Positions 1-9,779 of a stretch of 64,000 nucleotides of DNA are shown here, in pieces. A program made the position numbers and the translations under genes. Numbering within the stretch: position 1 is the first letter of the stretch; every line of letters starts with the position of its first letter. This stretch comes from Armatimonadota bacterium (GTDB taxonomy: Bacteria > Armatimonadota > UBA5829 > DTLH01). Below the pieces are notes generated by a model. It was not told where the DNA came from. It made no database searches and saw only the letters and a program-made list of their open reading frames with translations. The stretch covers positions 186,536 through 250,535 of the forward strand of contig JBBRAE010000001.1 of NCBI GenBank assembly GCA_038207085.1, written 5' to 3'.

Positions 1-1
1 C

Positions 2-241
2 GAAAGCTACGAGTTTCACAACTATGAGGGTGTTGCGCACGTCGAGACCAGAAGTGGCGACGAAAGCGGAGGTTGGCGGTTGTGCCTGAAATCAGGCGAA
101 CAACAGTCATTCATATTCGCCCGCGGTTCGAGGACTGAGGCGGGGATTTGGCGAGTCATCGTTGACAGCCCACAAAACGAAACCGGCCAGACACTCTTGC
201 GCGTCGCACAGTCGCTAACAGATGCCGCACGAGACAGATAG
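2..241 (+). CDS. C-terminal fragment of a gene running in from the left edge, possibly an alpha-D-phosphohexomutase C-terminal domain
   Basis: Open frame from base 2 to TAG at 239-241 (ESYEF...GWRLCLKSGEQQSFIFARGSRTEAGIWRVIVDS...). It resembles the R-x-S-x-TE-x-x-x-RV motif of phosphomannomutase domain 4. Confidence 0.4.
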   Translation, partial: ESYEFHNYEGVAHVETRSGDESGGWRLCLKSGEQQSFIFARGSRTEAGIWRVIVDSPQNETGQTLLRVAQSLTDAARDR

Positions 242-244
242 CGA

Positions 245-982
245 CTACTTCAGCGGCTTGGGTTCGACCATCTTCACCAGGACGATTGAGATCAAGTAAA
301 GCCCCGCGAGCGGAATCGCCATCGCAAGCATTGAGATCGCGTCACTTGAAGGCGTCGCAACTGCCGCTAGCACGGCGATAGCTACCATCGCGTGTCTCCA
401 CCCCATCCGCAGCATCTTGGCATCAACCACTCCAAGCTTTCCAAGGAATATCAAAACGATTGGCATCTCAAAGACAATACCGAACCCAAGAAGCATCTTG
501 ACGATGAACACGAGGTTTTCCGCGACTGCCGGTCTTAGTTCAGTGTTTTGTGCGGGCAAGTAGCCGACGAAGAACTTCATAGCCTGCGGAAGTATCAGAT
601 ATCCGATGGTGACGCCAAGCACGAATAGAAACACGCATAGAGGTGCAACCCACCGGACGGGACGCTTTTCGTCGGGTGTGAGCGCAGGAGAGACGAACCC
701 CCAGATCTGCATGGTGATCAGAGGCGCACTAATGATCGCACCGGCAATGACCGACACCTGGCACTTCAGGATAAAGGCCTCAGTGAGACGCGTCATCATC
801 ATCTGGTACACGAGATGTCGTTCGCGCATAGCAGACTCAATCGGCGCGGTCAGGGCGTTATATATCCAGGGATAGAGCACCCAGGCAATAGCCGTGCCGA
901 TGGCCAGGAAAACGATCGAACGAATCAGTCGTGTTCGCAGTTCCTGCAGGTGCTCAGCAAGTTCAGCGTCTCTATCAATCAC
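245..982 (-). CDS. tatC: Twin-arginine translocase subunit TatC
   Basis: HLQELRTRL, QIWGFVSPAL, GIVFEMP and ATPSSD motifs; about six TM segments. Confidence 0.95.
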   Translation of the reverse strand: MIDRDAELAEHLQELRTRLIRSIVFLAIGTAIAWVLYPWIYNALTAPIESAMRERHLVYQMMMTRLTEAFILKCQVSVIAGAIISAPLITMQIWGFVSPALTPDEKRPVRWVAPLCVFLFVLGVTIGYLILPQAMKFFVGYLPAQNTELRPAVAENLVFIVKMLLGFGIVFEMPIVLIFLGKLGVVDAKMLRMGWRHAMVAIAVLAAVATPSSDAISMLAMAIPLAGLYLISIVLVKMVEPKPLK

Positions 983-993
983 TCTTGGTGCTA

Positions 994-2292
994 CTACTTC
1001 CTGATGAGTTCCTGCACAACGGTCAGCCTAACCTTAACCGGAGTTCCCCCGGCTCCTGCGGACCCATCTGAGCTGTCCTGACTGTAGGTGGCGGCGGGCG
1101 CGGAACTGCCAGCCGCTGCACTGGAATCAGCAACAGCCGCTGGCACAGTGGACTGCAGCTTGGTGATAACGTCACTACCAACGTTGGTTGAGAACTCGAT
1201 AACAATGATCTGTTTGATCAGCTTCTTAACTTTGTAGGCGTAGAAAGAAGTGCCGGAAGCCTTCACTGGCACTGACCCAGGGGCAAAGCCAGGGAATGAC
1301 ATATTCCCGTTCCAGTTGGAGGCGATCTTAACGCACTCAATCCCGGACTCCCACTCAAGAGAATCGAAGTAGCTCTGGCCTGTGAGATCAGTGGGGCTCG
1401 ATATTCCTTCAAGCATGACGTGGAAAACGGTAGGCCAGGTCGCACCCTTCTTCACGGGTGAGCCGGGAAGCGCAAGCAGGCAATCAGAGACGTCGCCAAC
1501 GGTCCTTGTCGTAAAGACATTAGCCTCAAGAACCTTGCCTGTAGCGTCCAGAATCCTGTAGATCGAGCGGAAGCGCTGTGTCTGTCCGAGCATTGATACC
1601 GTGCCGAGAACCTGAGAATAAGGCAGGCGGTTCTTGTCCACTTTGTAGCGAATGAGCGCGGTACCGTCTCGGCGAGAGTCTTCGACCGATTGTCCGACGA
1701 CAAACTCACCCATAATGGGTGGTTGTCCACCACTAAGACTAAAGCCATATTTGTCAAACACCTCAGCCGTGGTCGTATACTTGAAATCGCTGACCTGACC
1801 GAGTATGTATTTGTAACTAAGGTTAATCGGCGGCGCGGGGTTCGCCTGATCTATCTGGTTTTTCAGGTTTACATTGACTTTTGAGCTGCCGACGATAGTA
1901 TCCCTGCCGCCAGTGCTGTGGGTCTCGACGGTGATTTCATACTTGCCGTCGTTGTAGCTTGTAGCCTCGCCCCGACCAGTCACACGGGTAGACTTGGTAT
2001 CCCAGAGGTAAACTATCTCAGACTTCGGGGAATCTTCATCAGAACCGCTGCCCGAGATGCCGATCGCGGAGCAGAACTGTCCGTTGATCTTGATCGCAAT
2101 GAAGCCGCTTGCGCTTACATCGCTTGAGAGTGAAGAACGGGGAATAATAATCGGCACCTTGCCCCGGACCGACTGGCCCTCCGTTGGAGAACTGATAGTC
2201 AGGCTCCAAGCTGGAACGCAGGCAGCCGTAAACAAAGCGGCGCACGCAGCCATCGCCGCAACAAAGGAACGCGTGAAGTAATCTAGACGCAT
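994..2292 (-). CDS. Hypothetical exported protein (signal peptide, Ig-like N-domain, beta-rich C-domain, Ala/Ser-rich tail)
   Basis: Long ORF. ATG at 2292 follows a GAGG SD. Hydrophobic N-terminus, then 'LTISSPTEGQSVRG...YLWDT...DGKYEITV', a Big-like pattern. Confidence 0.7.
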   Translation of the reverse strand: MRLDYFTRSFVAAMAACAALFTAACVPAWSLTISSPTEGQSVRGKVPIIIPRSSLSSDVSASGFIAIKINGQFCSAIGISGSGSDEDSPKSEIVYLWDTKSTRVTGRGEATSYNDGKYEITVETHSTGGRDTIVGSSKVNVNLKNQIDQANPAPPINLSYKYILGQVSDFKYTTTAEVFDKYGFSLSGGQPPIMGEFVVGQSVEDSRRDGTALIRYKVDKNRLPYSQVLGTVSMLGQTQRFRSIYRILDATGKVLEANVFTTRTVGDVSDCLLALPGSPVKKGATWPTVFHVMLEGISSPTDLTGQSYFDSLEWESGIECVKIASNWNGNMSFPGFAPGSVPVKASGTSFYAYKVKKLIKQIIVIEFSTNVGSDVITKLQSTVPAAVADSSAAAGSSAPAATYSQDSSDGSAGAGGTPVKVRLTVVQELIRK

Positions 2293-2367
2293 AGAGATCC
2301 TCTCTGACACCAAGTGAGCCGCCTGCACGGCCCTCAGGTAAATGCTACCACAGCAGAGCTATCGAGG

Positions 2368-2787
2368 TCAATTGCTGGGTTGGATATGACATACATCATT
2401 GACTGTTTCTATCACGACTCTGTTCCCGTGAAATACAAGAGAGTTTACCGCGCAGTGCTCCTGACGTATTATATGCACGCTGTCTTTGGGAATACCAAGC
2501 CAGTTCGCGATGAATATCTGAGTCGTCTTCTCATCAGCAACAAGCACAATAGTCCCGCATTGAAGACTCCCCACAAGCTCGGTTAGCCCCAAACACGTTG
2601 GATCACCGACGGTTTGAACAGGTAAGCCCATCAGACTTGCAACACGCCCTGCGAGAGTTAATGCGGCCTCGGTAGCGACAGTGTATACCCCGGATATTGT
2701 ATAAGTCTCCAGCAGCGAGGCCACCATCTTTTCTTTTTCAGGTTCATTCACGCCCAGCGCCGAAACGAGCAGCACTTTTATGCTCAT
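2368..2787 (-). CDS. Short histidine-phosphatase-fold (PGAM-like) protein lacking the RHG motif
   Basis: C-terminus 'IFIANWLGIP...IRQEHCAVNSLVF..NRVVIETVND' is typical of the PGAM family. Start moved to ATG 2787 to avoid overlap with the upstream gene. Confidence 0.5.
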   Translation of the reverse strand: MSIKVLLVSALGVNEPEKEKMVASLLETYTISGVYTVATEAALTLAGRVASLMGLPVQTVGDPTCLGLTELVGSLQCGTIVLVADEKTTQIFIANWLGIPKDSVHIIRQEHCAVNSLVFHGNRVVIETVNDVCHIQPSN

Positions 2788-2837
2788 CCCCTGTCCCGAG
2801 GCACTCCAGAAAGTCGCGGTTGTAGGCTTCGGCAATG

Positions 2838-3704
2838 CTATTTCCCCTCCCCTTTCGGCTGCGCGAGATCGGGGTTGATGGATCGGAGCATCTGCTGGAA
2901 CGCCCTCTTGCTCTCTGCTGCAGGTTTGCCGGAGGTGTCTATCAAGTTCGCCATCCAGATCTTTTTGCCTTCGAGAATAATGCACCGATGCACCACGCGC
3001 TTTGACGACTCAGCTCCGGCTGTCGTAAAGAACGCAGGTCGGCCACTGACGTCTATCCTCTGCCACGGCTGCACGTATGTCGCATATTTTGCAAACGACT
3101 CCTGAGTCTGATCGACCTCGGAGACTCTGTACCTCAGGTTGAAAACGAGGGAGGCCTTCGCAACGGGATCGGTCGAAAACACGAGCCAGTAGCCGTCTTT
3201 GAAGTCCTTTTCGAGGTTCTTAGACTGATCCTTGGCAGTCCAACTGGACGGAATCTCCATATCAAGGTCAAGCTGGTGGTTGGAATAGGGCACAAGCGAC
3301 TTCGACTGCCCGGGCTCAGTAGTCGCGGGAGTCTCTGCGGGTTTGCCGGTGAGAAGTGTCATCGAGCCGCGTCCGGTTTCTTTACCGTCTGAGTCAATCG
3401 CCTTCCACGCGACTATGTGTTCCGCAATCGGAAGCGACTGCGAGTCCCAGGCAAGGGAATACGGCCGCTCCTTCACATCACCCACAGGCTTATCGTCGAC
3501 AGTGAACGCGACTTTCGCGACGGGTTCGCCTGAGTACGCGGCGATGAGCTTCAGTTTGCCGGTGATGGTGAGCTTCACCGAAGACGCGCCAGGAACAATA
3601 ACCACACTGCGGACTCTTGGAGTTGTTACCGCGGTGTCGGCCATAAGACATCGTGGAACAATCGAGACAACCGCAGCAATTGCGAGTAGATGCTTGAGTG
3701 ACAT
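2838..3704 (-). CDS. Exported protein with an Ig-like (Big) domain and a PsbP-like C-terminal domain
   Basis: Signal peptide; 'VAKVAFTVDD...PYSLAWDS...H' Big-domain pattern; 'YSNHQLDLDMEIPSSW...FQQMLRSI' PsbP-like pattern; GGAGG SD before ATG 3704. Confidence 0.65.
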   Translation of the reverse strand: MSLKHLLAIAAVVSIVPRCLMADTAVTTPRVRSVVIVPGASSVKLTITGKLKLIAAYSGEPVAKVAFTVDDKPVGDVKERPYSLAWDSQSLPIAEHIVAWKAIDSDGKETGRGSMTLLTGKPAETPATTEPGQSKSLVPYSNHQLDLDMEIPSSWTAKDQSKNLEKDFKDGYWLVFSTDPVAKASLVFNLRYRVSEVDQTQESFAKYATYVQPWQRIDVSGRPAFFTTAGAESSKRVVHRCIILEGKKIWMANLIDTSGKPAAESKRAFQQMLRSINPDLAQPKGEGK

Positions 3705-3759
3705 GAGAGTTCCCTCCATTGGGAGTTACTGAGCAATAATTATATCAGACGATACGCAA

Positions 3760-3788
3760 TTGACACCATAGCCCAGTGCTGGTACACT
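3760..3788 (+). promoter_or_regulatory. Sigma70-type promoter of the tRNA-Leu gene
   Basis: TTGACA (3760-3765) - 17 bp - TACACT (3783-3788), 11 bp before the tRNA. Confidence 0.8.
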
Positions 3789-3799
3789 TTAGTGGTCGT

Positions 3800-3883
<84 letters not shown>

Positions 3884-3906
3884 CGTTTTGGAGGCCAGGG
3901 TTAGTT

Positions 3907-6702
3907 ATGAGATTTAAAGTAGTTGCTTGCGGGGTCTTTGAGCCTTATCTTAGACGACTTTCAGATGAAAGTTCACACGATATTGAGATCAAGACGCTGG
4001 ACGCTGGGCTGCATTCTCGCCCAAACGACCTCAGGCTCCTCGTTCAATCAGAAATCGACGAAGCATCTCGCTCGGGCGAGTTCGATGCGGTCATTCTTCT
4101 TTATGGCCTCTGCGGACGCGGTACGGCGGGCCTCGTTTCTCGGGACATTCCCGTTGTAATCCCTCGCGCGCACGATTGCATTACGCTCTTTCTTGGTTCA
4201 TCGGAGGCGTATCTTCGCCAGTTTCACGCAAACCCCGGCACGTTTTACCACACGCTTGGATGGATCGAGAAGAAGATCAACCCGAAGAACCGTGAAGCTT
4301 CAGAACTTTATCAGAACTATGAGCTCGATGGCTACGATCTTCACCCCGACTTCAAGGTCCTCGAACAGAAATACGGCGCGGAAAACGCTGAGCATATCGT
4401 CGCCTTTCTTGAGCGGTGGAAGCAGCACTATACGCGAGCGGCTTACATCGACATGGGCTTTGAAGACGAGGCTCGCTATGTAGAGTTTACCACCAGAATG
4501 GCCGAGATTCTTGGCTGGAAGCACGAGACGATAACCGGGGACTCCACACTTCTTCGAAGCCTGTTATCAGGCGACTGGAGCGATTCACGCATCTTTGTGC
4601 TGCCGCCCGACAGCAGGTCGACAACTAGTGGCGACGAGAAGATCTTTGCGGCATCATCGATTGACGGCGATGGTTCAGGGGCCGTGCTTTCTGACTCTGA
4701 GGTTATTATCGAGTCAGGAGCAAACGTATCAAGCTCGTCGGGAATCGGCCTTGGTATAGACGCCGGGGGCACCTATACTGACGCTGTCATCTACGATATC
4801 GGTGAGCGCAAACTTCTTGCCAAGGCGAAGTCGCTTACGACCTATCACGATCTCGTCGTCGGCATCCGCGGCGCACTGAAGCAGCTTCCATCTGAACTTC
4901 TCAGTGATGTGCAGGTGACATCACTTTCGACTACCCTCGCGACCAATTCCATCGTCGAAGGCCGAGGACACAAGGTTGGGCTGATCGTCCTTACACCGTT
5001 CAAATGGACGCACGAGCACGTAGGGCACAGGCCGATGCTCCAGGTGCCGGGCTCCGTTGCGATCACCGGAGAGATTATCGAGCCTCTTGATGAAGATGCC
5101 TGCCGCGCGGCGATCGAGAAGCTTGTTCTCTCGGAACACTGTGCGGCTATCGTCATCGCTGGCTATGCGCTTGTGCGAAACCCGGAGCAGGCAAACCGCG
5201 TTCGCGAGATCGCAGAGGAGATGTTCGACCTCCCCGTCATCTGCGCACACGAGGTGAGCAGGCGGCTGAACTCCATCCACGCGGCGCAGACCGCTGTAGC
5301 CAACGCAAAACTGCTCCCAGTTATTCGCAGGCTTATGGACTCGGTGCATAAGGCGCTATCGGACTTCCGAGTGCCGGGCAAGCTTATGGTCGTAAAGGGT
5401 GACGGGACCCCTGTCGACGAATCGATCGCTAGAGCAAGGCCCGTTGAAACTATTCTCTCAGGGCCTGCGGCAAGCGTGAGCGGGGCTCGAATACTGACCG
5501 GCCTTGACGACGCTCTCGTGCTCGATATTGGAGGGACAACTACAGACTGCGCCGTGTTCGAAAATGGTCGAGTAGCGGTTTCGGCGAAGGGTGCGAGGAT
5601 AGGCAACTCTGTAATGGGTGTCGACGCTGCGGACATAACAACCGTTGGGCTTGGTGGAGACAGTCGAATTGCGTTTGCTCCCGACAGACGGATACATATT
5701 GGGCCGACCCGAAATATCCCACTGTCGTGCCTTGCCTCGCAGTATAAGTCAGTAGAAGAATTCCTCGATAACTTTAACATAGCAAGATACAAAGATTCAA
5801 GCGAAGCGCTCGCATTGGACGTTCTGGTGATTGGAAGTCCGGGCAGGATCGAGTTCACCGAACCCGAGAAATCACTCCTTGATCTCCTGAAGGAGGGGCC
5901 AGCACCGGCTATTGTTGCTGCAGAAAAGCTCGGGCTCGCATCCCCCAGCCTACTGCCGATATCTCGCCTTGAATCTCGCGGCATAGTAAAGCGTTCGGCG
6001 TTAACTCCTACCGATTTGCTCCACGTGGACGGCAGGTTCTCAAAGTGGAACCAAAAATCTGCCAAGCGCGCCCTTGAGATATTCGCGGCAATGTATGGTC
6101 GCCCAGCCGAAGAGCTTCTTCACACACTTCTATTGCAGGTAACACGCAGGATATTTGAAGAGGTGGTCAGGCGCGAGGTGTCTTATGAGAACCCCAAGCT
6201 CCACGAGCTTCCGGAGGACTGGAAGTTCCTGCTCGATAAAGCGTTCTTGGACGACGGCAAAGGGCTAGGAGTCGCCTTTGAACTCAGGCGACCGGTGATC
6301 GCTATCGGTGCACCTGCGCAAGCCCTTGTCCCGGAGATCAGCAAACACCTCCGATCCGAAATCATCGTCCCTGAGCACGCTGACGTCGCAAACGCCATCG
6401 GCGCCATCGGAAGTGAGGTCGTAGTGCGGGAAGAGATCCTGATCAGACCGGGTGAGATGTCGAACTATGTGCTGCATGGCACGGAAGAGCGAGTCGAGTT
6501 CTCCGAGCTTGAACGTGCTACGGAAAGAGCTGTTGAAATCGCGCGTGCACGTGCAAGAAAACTTGCCGTCGAAGCCGGGGCAAGATCACCGGAAGTCACA
6601 GTCTCTCGAATTGACCATCTAGGCACGATTTCCGACGGCGGCAAGATATTCATTGAGCGGAGAATCACGGCAGTCGCTTCGGGTGGAGCATTTGGAGGGT
6701 AG
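3907..6702 (+). CDS. DUF1638 domain fused to a hydantoinase/oxoprolinase A (ASKHA-fold ATPase) domain
   Basis: N-terminal VVACGVF, GLH, LLYGLCG and AHDCITLFLGS (DUF1638-like). Then GIDAGGTYTDAV, STTLATN, ETILSGPAAS, DIGGTTTD, GLGGDS and ANAIGA (HyuA-like). Start at ATG 3907, because the tracked start lies inside the tRNA. Confidence 0.85.
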   Translation: MRFKVVACGVFEPYLRRLSDESSHDIEIKTLDAGLHSRPNDLRLLVQSEIDEASRSGEFDAVILLYGLCGRGTAGLVSRDIPVVIPRAHDCITLFLGSSEAYLRQFHANPGTFYHTLGWIEKKINPKNREASELYQNYELDGYDLHPDFKVLEQKYGAENAEHIVAFLERWKQHYTRAAYIDMGFEDEARYVEFTTRMAEILGWKHETITGDSTLLRSLLSGDWSDSRIFVLPPDSRSTTSGDEKIFAASSIDGDGSGAVLSDSEVIIESGANVSSSSGIGLGIDAGGTYTDAVIYDIGERKLLAKAKSLTTYHDLVVGIRGALKQLPSELLSDVQVTSLSTTLATNSIVEGRGHKVGLIVLTPFKWTHEHVGHRPMLQVPGSVAITGEIIEPLDEDACRAAIEKLVLSEHCAAIVIAGYALVRNPEQANRVREIAEEMFDLPVICAHEVSRRLNSIHAAQTAVANAKLLPVIRRLMDSVHKALSDFRVPGKLMVVKGDGTPVDESIARARPVETILSGPAASVSGARILTGLDDALVLDIGGTTTDCAVFENGRVAVSAKGARIGNSVMGVDAADITTVGLGGDSRIAFAPDRRIHIGPTRNIPLSCLASQYKSVEEFLDNFNIARYKDSSEALALDVLVIGSPGRIEFTEPEKSLLDLLKEGPAPAIVAAEKLGLASPSLLPISRLESRGIVKRSALTPTDLLHVDGRFSKWNQKSAKRALEIFAAMYGRPAEELLHTLLLQVTRRIFEEVVRREVSYENPKLHELPEDWKFLLDKAFLDDGKGLGVAFELRRPVIAIGAPAQALVPEISKHLRSEIIVPEHADVANAIGAIGSEVVVREEILIRPGEMSNYVLHGTEERVEFSELERATERAVEIARARARKLAVEAGARSPEVTVSRIDHLGTISDGGKIFIERRITAVASGGAFGG

Positions 6703-6705
6703 TTG

Positions 6706-6747
6706 ACAGCTGACCAGACACTCTATATCTGGTCAGCTGTTTTGTTT
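6706..6747 (+). terminator. Intrinsic terminator between convergent genes
   Basis: 13-bp perfect stem ACAGCTGACCAGA/TCTGGTCAGCTGT followed by TTTGTTT. Confidence 0.85.
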
Positions 6748-6760
6748 ACTATTCTTGATC

Positions 6761-8689
6761 TTACCAGGGGAATGCGTAGGTAGGTTCATTAACGAATCGC
6801 TCTGTAGCAGCATCAAGGGTAACAGTTGCGCCGGGGTCGAGCTTGACCACGAACGCCTTGCCGTTCACCTCGGAAGTCTGAAGGGAATCCTCACCATTCA
6901 CGCAGGCATTGAACTTCACTGTCGTGAAGCTGTGCTCCCCGAATGCGCCACCCTGAACCACGACCTCGCGGGTGTCGATCGGGCTCAGGTTCACCAATTC
7001 GATCACCGTTCGGTTGTCCTCAAGCTTCTTCACAAGTGCCGCAACGTCGGCGGGAAGCCCCGGACGCTTGCGCACGTTGTCGAAGTACCTCACGCGAGTC
7101 ATCAAGAGGCCGCCGTTGTAGACTGGAATCGGGCCGCCGAGGGTGAGCTGGATCAAGCCTTCGACGTTTACAGGGTTGCGACTCTGCAGATACGAGTCAC
7201 TGAATGTCATCGGGGCCTGGGTGTCCTCGCGCATAAATGTCATCCTGTCGTAGGCCTGCCTCAGGGAATCGTTTAGTTTCTCCACGGGATAGCTCTCATA
7301 TTCGCCCTGCAGATATGCGATCCACGGATACTCATGCCCGGACTGGTCTTTTTGCCGGACCTTGTAGAGCGAAAGATTGTTCCAGCCGTCCAGGTTCTCT
7401 CGACGAAGCTTTTTGATTCGCTCAAGATCATCAACGGCCATCGAGGCGCTCCAGAGGTGACCGCCGAAAGCCGGGTCCATGATCATATATTCGAACCAGC
7501 CGTCTTCCTGATACTGAGTCCCGTCCGCGTTCCGAAGCACGCTCAAGCGCTCCCAAGGGTCATAGTTGACGGTTTCAGGAGACCAATACTTGTGCGGAAC
7601 GTAAAGCGCGTTATCTCCATGCTTGCCGCGTTTCATAAGCTCATCTATCTGTGAGCGGAACAAGCCCAGGTAGCTCGTGTCGTGCCCGAGCAGAGTCATG
7701 TTCTCGCTGGCTATTGCAAGCGCTGCGCCGATCGTTTCAAAGCCGTGCGGCCAGACCCAGCCGTAGTTACCGCCGAACCAGCGGCCTTCGTTGTATTCGC
7801 CGATCTTGCCGGAGAGCCCGATGTTGTCGGGAATGATGCCGCCGTTTTCTTTGGTGCGCTCTTCCCAAGCGACGAAGTAGTCTTTGATCCACGACTTATA
7901 CTTCTGGTCGCCAGTGTAGAGAAAGGCGTTTGCCATCAAACTGGTAGATGCGAGGTTGACCGGGGTGTCGCCGAGCTTGTCGCGATCGTGTTTTGCCTTG
8001 CCGATTCGCTTCATCGCTTCGGGGTCGCTGTAGATCGCCGAGACACTCGTCGCACCATCGATGTCCCAAAAAGGCAGGCCGTAGCCTTCCTGGGTCCATG
8101 TGCCGTCGGTCGGGAAATGCTGCGGGCACGGGCCGGTGCTGCCGTTGTGAGGCGATTTGATAAGCTTTAGTTCGGTATCGAAGTTGTCGACTTCAGGGTC
8201 TTCGCCCATATAGAAACCGGCGTATCGCTTGGACCGCTCGATATTTTCCTGGTTGGTTGGGTCGGCGAGTCCGAGATGATAAAAGAAAGCGTATCCCTCG
8301 CCGTTGTGCATCCAGTCGTAGCCGGAGCAGAACTCCTTCTCGACCATCTTGTAGCCGTGGCCTGTCTCATAGTTCTCGAACTGCTTGGTGACGGCGTCAT
8401 ACTCTCGCAGCGAGAGGTCGAGCAGGTAGTCGTCGCCTCCGAGAATGTAGAACAGCGGCCAGTTGTGGAAGCTCTCGTATGCGTCGTCGAGGGCGTCAAT
8501 TCCCTCGTGGGGTTTCGGACCTGGCGGCGGCCATTTGATAGAACCATCCGGGTTGACGTATTTCTCCACGATTGCCGGGACGGACTGGTTCATCACGTCA
8601 ATCAGCTTTCTCTCCAGAATCGCCCACTGCGGTGCCTGGGCGAACGGAACGCTGGCGTGAATACATGGTAGACTATTTTCTCTGCTCAC
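6761..8689 (-). CDS. Conserved-looking hypothetical protein, possibly an (alpha/alpha)-barrel carbohydrate-active enzyme
   Basis: ~640-aa ORF rich in aromatic and acidic residues (DDAYESFHNWP, YDWMHNGEG, GIIPDNIG, GWVWPHG). AGGAG SD precedes GTG at 8689. Confidence 0.7.
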   Translation of the reverse strand: MSRENSLPCIHASVPFAQAPQWAILERKLIDVMNQSVPAIVEKYVNPDGSIKWPPPGPKPHEGIDALDDAYESFHNWPLFYILGGDDYLLDLSLREYDAVTKQFENYETGHGYKMVEKEFCSGYDWMHNGEGYAFFYHLGLADPTNQENIERSKRYAGFYMGEDPEVDNFDTELKLIKSPHNGSTGPCPQHFPTDGTWTQEGYGLPFWDIDGATSVSAIYSDPEAMKRIGKAKHDRDKLGDTPVNLASTSLMANAFLYTGDQKYKSWIKDYFVAWEERTKENGGIIPDNIGLSGKIGEYNEGRWFGGNYGWVWPHGFETIGAALAIASENMTLLGHDTSYLGLFRSQIDELMKRGKHGDNALYVPHKYWSPETVNYDPWERLSVLRNADGTQYQEDGWFEYMIMDPAFGGHLWSASMAVDDLERIKKLRRENLDGWNNLSLYKVRQKDQSGHEYPWIAYLQGEYESYPVEKLNDSLRQAYDRMTFMREDTQAPMTFSDSYLQSRNPVNVEGLIQLTLGGPIPVYNGGLLMTRVRYFDNVRKRPGLPADVAALVKKLEDNRTVIELVNLSPIDTREVVVQGGAFGEHSFTTVKFNACVNGEDSLQTSEVNGKAFVVKLDPGATVTLDAATERFVNEPTYAFPW

Positions 8690-8833
8690 AATGCAGCTCC
8701 TGATTCTTTGCGCCGGTAATGAGGCGCTTTTGGGGACCAGAATTGATCCGTCTACCTTCAGTGTTCTACCACAGAGGTCGAACATCCTCCGAAGATGAGG
8801 CTATTTTAGGAGATTTGTAGGAAATGGCAAGCG

Positions 8834-9769
8834 TCACTTTAGTGAGCCGGCGATTTTCTCAAGCTCCCGCTTGGCGATATCGCCGATGATAGTGTAAGTA
8901 ATCGAGCCACGGTCGAACCTGAGCACCGTCGCCCACTTGCCGAGACCAGGCGGCTTCTGGCCCGAATCGGAGCCCCGCTTGCGCTGGAATATGGATATTG
9001 TGTTCACTCCGTTGGTATACATCAGATGAGCCGCGTAGCCGGTCCCTATCTTGATCTTCCCCGTCTGCACGAGCACGTAGCCCTTTGGCACGTAACCAGG
9101 CTTCGTGACGGCAAAACCAAGGTCGCCTGAACTACCTGAACTTGATGAGAAAGCAGAAGCTTTCACCTCAAAGGCCGACGACGGGATGTCCAGGGGCTCT
9201 ATAGTGATCTGCTTGAACGCAGACACGCTGATGAGCGTGCCCGAGGAGTTGCGAAGCTCACTTCGGAGCGGCAAATAGCAGGACTTGTCGACCCAAACGG
9301 TCTCGCTCGGGTTCCCACGTTTCTTGGGGGTGAACTTGATGATGTAGGACGGTCTCCCGGCGATGACCGCACTGCCGACAGACTCCACGTTGTAGTTCTT
9401 CAGCACAAGAGATATGGGCTCCGGCGCCGGATTCCACCGCGTGTGCTGCCACTCCCCGGTCGACGGCAGATAACGCCAGCTATCTCCGCCGCGATCTACC
9501 GTGACGATCCCGGAAAGGTCTGCAGGCGAGTAATAGTCGGCCCGTGTGCGGTCGGGTTTCTGGTGAGTCACCTTAAACTCCGCGCGCACGGTCTTCTTGC
9601 CTACCGATATGTCAGCGTATTTGATACCCCGGTAGCTGACGCTTCCCTCAGCCGCTTGACTCTTTGTGACGACGCCAAGGGCGTCGAGTGCAAAGACGGG
9701 AGCAACTGAAGAGAATGCCGCAAGCTGGGCGAGTCCTGCGGTCAGCGCCAGTAATCTCAGGTTCATCAT
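8834..9769 (-). CDS. RseB/MucB-like periplasmic sigma-E regulator (LolA-like fold)
   Basis: Signal peptide; 'NYNVESVG...IAGR...WVDK..LPLRSE' and 'HLMYTNGVNTISIF' motifs; third gene after the ECF sigma and anti-sigma genes. Confidence 0.8.
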   Translation of the reverse strand: MMNLRLLALTAGLAQLAAFSSVAPVFALDALGVVTKSQAAEGSVSYRGIKYADISVGKKTVRAEFKVTHQKPDRTRADYYSPADLSGIVTVDRGGDSWRYLPSTGEWQHTRWNPAPEPISLVLKNYNVESVGSAVIAGRPSYIIKFTPKKRGNPSETVWVDKSCYLPLRSELRNSSGTLISVSAFKQITIEPLDIPSSAFEVKASAFSSSSGSSGDLGFAVTKPGYVPKGYVLVQTGKIKIGTGYAAHLMYTNGVNTISIFQRKRGSDSGQKPPGLGKWATVLRFDRGSITYTIIGDIAKRELEKIAGSLK

Positions 9770-9779
9770 ACGTTCCTAA

